A stretch of 64,000 bases of DNA, from NCBI GenBank assembly GCA_951406725.2, contig OX597829.1, forward strand, positions 15,686,001-15,750,000, written 5' to 3'. The position numbers were made by a program, and so were the translations under genes. Origin of the DNA: Octopus vulgaris (taxonomy: Eukaryota). The notes under the pieces were generated by a model. It saw nothing but the letters and a program-made list of their open reading frames with translations. It was not told where the DNA came from and did not search any database. Below, in pieces: positions 55,653-64,000 of the stretch. The stretch's first letter is position 1; the number at the start of each line of letters is the position of its first letter.

Positions 55653-56900
55653 TACTTTTAATCTTCTTGCTTTTTACAATCACTCCCCGAGACACACCCA
55701 GCGTCCTAGGGCGAGTGAAGGATAAACGATATTAGAGTATGACTGAAAGCTTGGGGAAGGGACGTGGTTGGGGAAGTAGCGAAATATCTTCATGTAATAC
55801 AACATAGACATTTAAATTGATAGGATTTTTCTAAGGTTGCGAGCAGTACTTATCAGCACAATCTTTTGGATTTCTCTCAGACATGGTTCTCCTCGGATAT
55901 TATCTAGATGTTTCTGGCATCCTTTTCTTTTTTAGCATACCTATGGCACCTACAATAACACACAGTTCTCGCTTTACGATGCCACATCTTTTGTATTTCA
56001 ATTTCTAGGTCCTTATATTTACTTAATTTGTCAAATTCCTTGACAGACATATTTTTATCATTGGGAACACTTATATCTATTAGTCTACAAATATTTTCTT
56101 CCCATCTTTAATGACTATATCTGGCCGATTAGCCTGGATCGTTCTGTCAGTGTGACTGTAAAATCCCAGAGGATAATGATATTTTTACCTTCAACGACTA
56201 GCTGAGGTCGATGTTCATTCATACAAGTAAGCAGGAATGACAATTTTCTAGTGTTTACATATTTTCTAATGTAAATATTGTCCTACTCTACCGTGACGAT
56301 TTTTGTATTCGTTTCGTGTCAGCACAGGGCATCCTGATACGAGATGGTCTTTTGTTTCGTCAACTGCGACGCAGAATCTGCGTTATTCAGTCTTTGTTTT
56401 CAGCCACTGATGAGGTTGTTGCTTTGTCTACATCAGTATTTCGACTTCACCGCTCCTCAATCTGTTTCTGCGCATTCATTTTTGCAGTCTGTTTTTTTTT
56501 GTTTTGTTTTTTTGTAGCAGTAGGTTCAGATTCTTCATCTAATTCAAGGTTACTGCCATGTTCCCTTGTAAATCTGCAAGCTTTCGTATTTGCACACAAG
56601 CCGCAGCATCCAGTCCCCTGTACAAGATAAGTATCTGTTCCTTCCTATTGTGGAGGTCTTACGCACAGTTCTACCTGCATCATTCCTCTTCCCCCATTAC
56701 TTCAAGGTAGGTACAAACGATCAAAGTATGTTTTTGTGTGGTGGATGTTCTTAAATGTTAGGAGTTTCCATGTCTTCCTGTCCAGGCGTTGAACCTCTGT
56801 AAGATTCCAGTTAATTATGGTAAAACTATACTAGACTCCAAGAGTGCCAGGGTGTTAATGTCTTCGGTGCGATTTTTGGAGCTGAGTGCAGTTTTTAGTA
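55650..56900 (-). mobile_element. R4/Dong-like RLE non-LTR retrotransposon 3' part
   Basis: IILWDF, IQANRPDIVIKDG (~56101-56139) and EFDKLSKYKDLEIEIQKMW (~55982-56038); (TAA)n on both sides. Confidence 0.88.
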
Positions 56901-56942
56901 TGAATATTATTATTATTATCATCATCATCATCATCATCATCG

Positions 56943-57431
<489 letters not shown>

Positions 57432-57441
57432 CACCATCATT

Positions 57442-57995
57442 GAGTGAGAGAGCAGTGCATGCCATCAAAGTGACACTGGGGTAAAATATACGAAGCCCAA
57501 TATACCCATCATGATTACCCGTCTGATAAGGGTACACCAGACACATGCATCACAACCATATGTGCGCGACATGGTAATCTCATATCAAGATAAACAGCAC
57601 ATGACCTTGCAGGTGGGGCCCAGTTAGAATTTTCTTCAGGTTGAGTAGCCCATCCCGCTCAAAAGGTCCCTGAATAAGGGTTGTTTAAGGATGTTGAAAG
57701 AACCACCCATTTTTCCAGAGGTGAATTATTCAAACCCCAAAGAATCCCTCTCAACACATGGCTATGATGCTCCCCCACTACTTCTGCTCGTGATCAGAGA
57801 TGCACGTATCGTCAGCCACTAAGGGACATGCTCAACTGGTTAAGGTCAAACAACTGACAAGCAAATCTGTGGTATTGAGCAGAATATTTGCTGTAGCCCA
57901 TCTTTTATACCAAGACAAAACAATGTACATGATAACACTTCCAATCAGTTAAGATCAGAAGCCATGAGAGCCACTGCCTGGTACTGCATCAGGGC
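57442..57995 (-). mobile_element. ~550-bp element, copy 3
   Basis: As copy 1. Confidence 0.88.
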
Positions 57996-58065
<70 letters not shown>

Positions 58066-58077
58066 ATCCTCACAATC

Positions 58078-58148
<71 letters not shown>

Positions 58149-58162
58149 TATCATCATTATTA

Positions 58163-58202
<40 letters not shown>

Positions 58203-58227
58203 CATTATTATTATTATTATTATTATT

Positions 58228-58770
58228 GAGTGAGTGAGAGAGCAGTGCATACCATCAAAGAGACTCTGGGGTAAAAATATACGAAGCCCAATATACCCAT
58301 CATGACTACCCGTCTGATAAGGGTACACTAGGTACATGCATCACAACCATATCTGCATGACATAGTGATCTTATATCAAGATAAACAGCGCATGACCTTG
58401 CAGGTGGTGCCATTTAGAATGTTCTTCAAGTCGAGTAGCCCATTCCACTCAAAAATGTCCACGAAGAATAGGTTGTTTAATGATGTTGAACGAAACAACC
58501 ATGTGTCCAAGGGTGAATTATTCAAACCCCAAAGAATCCTTCTCAACACATGGCTATGATGCTCCCCCACTATTTCTGATCGTGGTCAGAGATGCACATA
58601 TCGTCAGCCACTAAAGGACATGGTCAACTGGTTAAGGTCAAACAAATGACAAGCAAATCTGTGGTATGGAGCAGAATATTTGCTGTAGCCCATCTTTTAT
58701 ACCTAGGCAAAGCAATGTACATGGTAACAATTCCTATCAGTTAAGATGAGAAGCCATGAGAGCCATTTCC
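58228..58770 (-). mobile_element. ~550-bp element, copy 4 (more diverged)
   Basis: As copy 1 with more substitutions; abuts a SINE. Confidence 0.85.
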
Positions 58771-58979
58771 GGCAAGCTGACGGATTCGTTAGCACGCCGG
58801 GCGAAATGTTTAGATGTGTTTCGTTTGTCGCTATGTTCTAAACCTAAATTCCGCCGAGGTCAACTTTGCCTTCCTTCCTCCCGAGGTCGATAAAAGAAGT
58901 ACCAGTCATGTACTAGGGCCGATGTGATCGAATTACCCCCTCTCCAAAAATTCCAGGCCTTGTGTCTATAGTAGAAAGA

Positions 58980-58982
<3 letters not shown>
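58771..58982 (+). mobile_element. Degenerate Nin-like SINE, short-tail variant
   Basis: Family match. Confidence 0.8.
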
Positions 58983-59071
<89 letters not shown>

Positions 59072-59262
59072 CATCATCATCATCATTATTATTATTATTG
59101 TTATTATTTCTCCTTCTTTCTTCAAATTTTCTTCCGTTTCTCGCCGAGTGTTTTCCGTACACCTAGGGCAGAGAAGCTCATTGTATGCATTCCCAGATTA
59201 CACACGCAAATTCACAGGTAAAATATGTATTTAAAAAATTAATGAATAAATAAATTCATGAA

Positions 59263-59311
<49 letters not shown>

Positions 59312-59329
59312 GCTTTTTTGGAATATAAT

Positions 59330-60880
59330 ATTTCGTTGACTATCTTACATTATTTTACAAAATTATCTAAATGCTGCTACATATGCTTAATTCGTTAATA
59401 TCATCTAGAAAGCTAATGATAGATTGTTTAAAATCTGTATTGTAATGCATTTTGCTTTACATCTTTGCCATTTTTCGTGTTCTGGTATTAACTCTAAAAT
59501 ATATCTTATTATACAAGCACTCCATTCTTCAGTAATTTCTGCAAAAATTTAATATAGGAGACATTAATCCACACGAATATCTAAAACAAATTACATGCTG
59601 GTTGGGATAATATAAAATATGGTCAGCAAACAACTTTGCAAAATTAAATTGATTAAAATGATTCGCATTTTTCTTCTACAAAATGACAAATCAATTAAGA
59701 AGCACGAAAATGCTAAAGGCTTTGCACCTTAAATATTCGTAAATAAATACGTTATATATATATTGCATAATAAAATTTTCATTCCTTTAGGTTATGTTCA
59801 AATTTCGATCTACATCAACAATAGTTTAAATTCTGCTTCGAAATCTCTCGTTCAAAGAAAAAAATCTTACAATCTCAATTCTCTCCTTCAACAACATTTT
59901 TTTCTCGATTTCTATATACTCGTTTTTGGGGACTACAATATACTAATTTTTTCTCTCTTAAATCGTTTCCTTTATTTTGCAGCAGGTACGATTCTTTTTC
60001 ATTCGCAAATTTGTGGCAAAAATGCACAATAGAGAAAATGAGATGGATCAATGTCTTTTATTTTATTTTCATGTTAATATTTTTCATATCATTTCCATTC
60101 AGAAGCCTGTAGATCTTTTGTTTTGCTTCTTTATTTTTATCTTTTTGCGTGTCAATAGATTGACAATTTACGATTCTTAGAATCGCAAATTGAAAAGTAT
60201 CTAAAATCCATAAGGATTCAGCTTAAAAGATTTATATATTCTTTTAAATTGTGGGAATTTCTGATATTGAAAATACATGAAATCTTCCTACAATATTATT
60301 CTCTTTGCACAATGTGTAAATCTGAATCATTGATTTCTTTCTTTCTTTTCTTTTTTTTATGCTTTGGCGATATTTACGTCCAAGAACGTATGTTGGCTAC
60401 TAAATAATATTTCGTGGTATCCAAGTATCATTGACTCTAAATATATATCCAAATCAATCAGTATTGCTTTTAGCTCATCTACACAGCATTCTTGTTTCAT
60501 ACTTGTTTTCTTCTTTAATTCATTTTCTTTTTCTTTATCAATAATATTAGTGATAATACGTTGAAGATAATGGAGTTCTTTGTATAGTTGTTGCTGTTAG
60601 TTTTAGCTGCACTAAAGTGAGGAGAGAACTATAGTTGCTCTCTGGTTTACTACAGAGATATTTGATACAATATAAATAACTAGGTTTCGTTATGTGACAC
60701 ATCGGCCTATGTTCTACAAATAAAAGAAATTTATTGGTGGGGAAAATGGAAGCAATCTCTAAAAGCATATCCAAAACCAAATTGGTCAAACGTATATAAG
60801 AAATTGGTGGAGTTAGAAATATAACACAATATTATTATCTTGCGAATGTCAATGGAAATCATGAGAACAATTGTATAGTT
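59330..60880 (-). mobile_element. Highly degenerate L1-clade ORF2 (RT to C-terminus)
   Basis: LMISIDIRK...NFLYTFDQFGFGYAF (ORF 60731-60991), TIQRTPLSS (RQG.PLSP-like, ~60560-60590) and FRYFSI (KYLGI-like, ~60185-60205), in the expected order. Confidence 0.6.
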
Positions 60881-61032
60881 ATACCCTGAATAGACATATA
60901 TGCATATATACACACCCACATATATATAGGTATATAAATATATCTGCGTGTGTGGATGTGTGAGTGTGTGTGTGTGTATATATATACACATGTATGTATA
61001 TATATATATTCATATATATATGTATGTCTATA

Positions 61033-61081
<49 letters not shown>

Positions 61082-61144
61082 GTACGTATGTATGCATGTG
61101 TGTGAGTATACAAACTAGCAGAGAAAAAGAAAAACAGAAAGGAC

Positions 61145-61633
<489 letters not shown>

Positions 61634-62835
61634 GCCAGGGTTGGCTGAAAAATGCGTTTTAGTTTTAAGGTAGGTGGATACGATTTGTTAAACTCGTTTC
61701 ACCGAAAACTAAATCTATTAGAAAGTCTAATTTAGTCAAAAACTAAAAATATCAAAATGTGTTAATTTTCAATAAAGCAGTAATGCAGAAACGAACAAAT
61801 GATTAAGACCGACTATTAGGTTAAAAAGAAAAAGACACAAACACACATTAAAAGAAAGTGATTATAAAACAAATATAGTATTAGTTTTATTAGTTGTCTT
61901 TTTTGTTTTTGTTAGCATTAGTTGTTTGTTGTTATGACTGGTCTTGTAATTATCGATGTATTGCTCAGGTGGAGATTTGAAAATGGCGACGGTATGCAAA
62001 TGGTGCCACTAAATCTATAATATGTCATTTAGAAAGTCTTCAAGCTCAAGCTAAATTTAACATTTATATGTTCTTTTAACGGCAAAACTTATTTAATCTA
62101 ACCTGAAGTTTTGCTATCATGAGTCGCAGCTAAACAAGCTGATATGGCGTTAGCCTATCAATCGAAAGATCAATGGTTCATGTTTCATAAAAGGTTCAGA
62201 AATTGTATTTATAGTCGAAATGATTAATTTTGCTAATCTCGTACGATTCGTCTCTGCAGTATGATTTTCAATCGGGCAGGAGCGTGGTATATATGGAAAG
62301 ATGTACGTATATGTGGAATACGTCTACAGCTAAGGTTACCAATATATCGTATTATAATAACAACAAGAAAAACAACAACAGAACACCAACAATAACAGGT
62401 AATCAGCACTCGAAGAACTTACTCAATGTAAGTAGGAATCACTCTTAATCGTTCATCTTCTCTGTCATGAGGAATATTTAATTAACAGATGTCCTGTTTC
62501 CAACAGTAAATTTTTGTGTCAGATCTGATCGAAAAGACCTTTGTTCAGAGACATTCCAGCTATGGCCATCCCGTATATTAAAGGCTACTATATATTGTTT
62601 AATGCGTTTTCCACTCTTTTAAGAACAGTAGGGATGCGTTCTGAAGGTAAGTTTGTTGTCATTTATGTCAGATAAAGCGGCTCCGCAGACGCATATTTAA
62701 TGCCTGATCCGAGACTAATCTTAATCCAAACCCATCATCATTAAAGTATTCTAGAAATGACAGTTTCATCTTTTGTACATTAACAATATTATTTTCCCTT
62801 TGCATCCTACCTTCGTTACGGTAGAAGGGTAATAT

Positions 62836-63245
62836 ATATTTCTTTACTACCCACAAGGGGCTAAACATAGAAGGAACAAACAAGGACAGACAAACGGATT
62901 AAGTCAATTACATTGACCCCAGTGCGTAACTGGTACTTAATTTATCGACCCCGAAAGGATGAAAGGCAAAGTCGACCTCGGCGGAATTTGAACTCAGAAC
63001 GTAACAGCAGAGGAAATACCTATTTCTTTATTGCCCACAAGGGGCTAAACATAGAGGGGACAAACAAGGATAGACAAACGGATTAAGTCGATTACATCGA
63101 CCCCAGTGTGTAACTGGTACTTAATTTATCGACCCCGAAAGGATGAAAGCCAAAGTCGACCTCGGCGGAATTTGAACTTGGAACGTAACGGCAGAGGAAA
63201 TACGGCTACGCATTTCGCCCGACGTGCTAACGTTTCTGATAGCTT
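62836..63245 (-). mobile_element. Nin-like SINE dimer
   Basis: Reverse complement of the family; junction gaaatacctatttc at 63013-63026. Confidence 0.92.
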
Positions 63246-64000
63246 GCAATGTCATAGCAGCTTTTAAGAAATGCAGGGACTCCCTCTTGGACCCGACAGA
63301 AATATTTCTTTAATGCAATTTTTGCTACTCTACTGTTGAAAGAATTATTAGAAAGTCCGAAAAATATCTTGCAACATTTGTTATGATACTTTATCATTTG
63401 AGTTCAAATACGACCGAAATCACCTTTGCCTATCATCAATCATCCATTTTCTATCATCAGACTATATCATACCTTACAAATTTTATTTCTTTTTCTTATA
63501 TAAGAAACCAATATACACAACTTAGTACTGCCGAATATACTACATAAAGGCAATCTTTATATCCACCTTAACGTGGATTCTTTGTTAAAATGTCGAAGAC
63601 TGAGGCGTCCGCTCATATTGAGGCATGGTACATAAAACCAAACACACACACATACACACACACACACACACACGTATCACAGCAGACAGGAATCTGGAAG
63701 TCCCGACGCCCATAACACACTATTCCCGTCTACTACGATGTATGTCTGTGCTTTTAAGCATCATGCGTGTATATGAATGGATCTCTCAGTATTTGCCATC
63801 TTAATAAACCAACCACGCCTAGGTGGATATGAATATGGTCATAACGTGGTATATTTGACAGTACTAATTTGTGAATATTGGTTTCTTATATAAGCATATG
63901 AAATAAAAATTCATTTGGGAGGATCTCTCAAAGCTGATAACGCAGTATTCGACGTCCTGACAAGACATCCACGTTCAGTTGGATATAAAGATTGCCTTTT

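Noticed and set aside
62560-62655. Perfect donor AAG/GTAAGT as a host exon end
   Set aside because: No convincing upstream acceptor or ORF, and the surroundings look like a decayed repeat.
63540-64000. Possible RTE-like relic on the minus strand
   Set aside because: Similarity too weak to name reliable motifs.

Overview
AT-rich, microsatellite-laden eukaryotic DNA made almost entirely of transposable-element remnants. I could not identify an intact cellular protein-coding exon, rRNA or functional tRNA. The SINE families and repeat make-up look like an octopus/coleoid cephalopod genome; this is inferred from recognising the repeats and is not verified. Most ORFs in the supplied track are translated microsatellites. 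Recognisable elements: several Penelope-like (RT + GIY-YIG) remnants; five R4/Dong-like RLE non-LTR remnants, several next to (TAA)n; L1/Tx1, RTE and CR1-like LINE remnants; a probable DIRS-like relic; a Helitron helicase fragment; hAT and mariner fragments; and three tRNA-derived SINE families. The most interesting signal is RNA-level. Hammerhead-ribozyme cores occur in at least three unrelated repeat families. One sits in the loop of a near-perfect 120-bp inverted repeat (33702-34080). Another lies downstream of a tRNA-like Pol III cassette at the 3' end of a Penelope element (39700-40012). Also notable are SINE dimers sharing an identical hairpin junction, and a 550-bp non-coding element found four times inside (TAA)n tracts.
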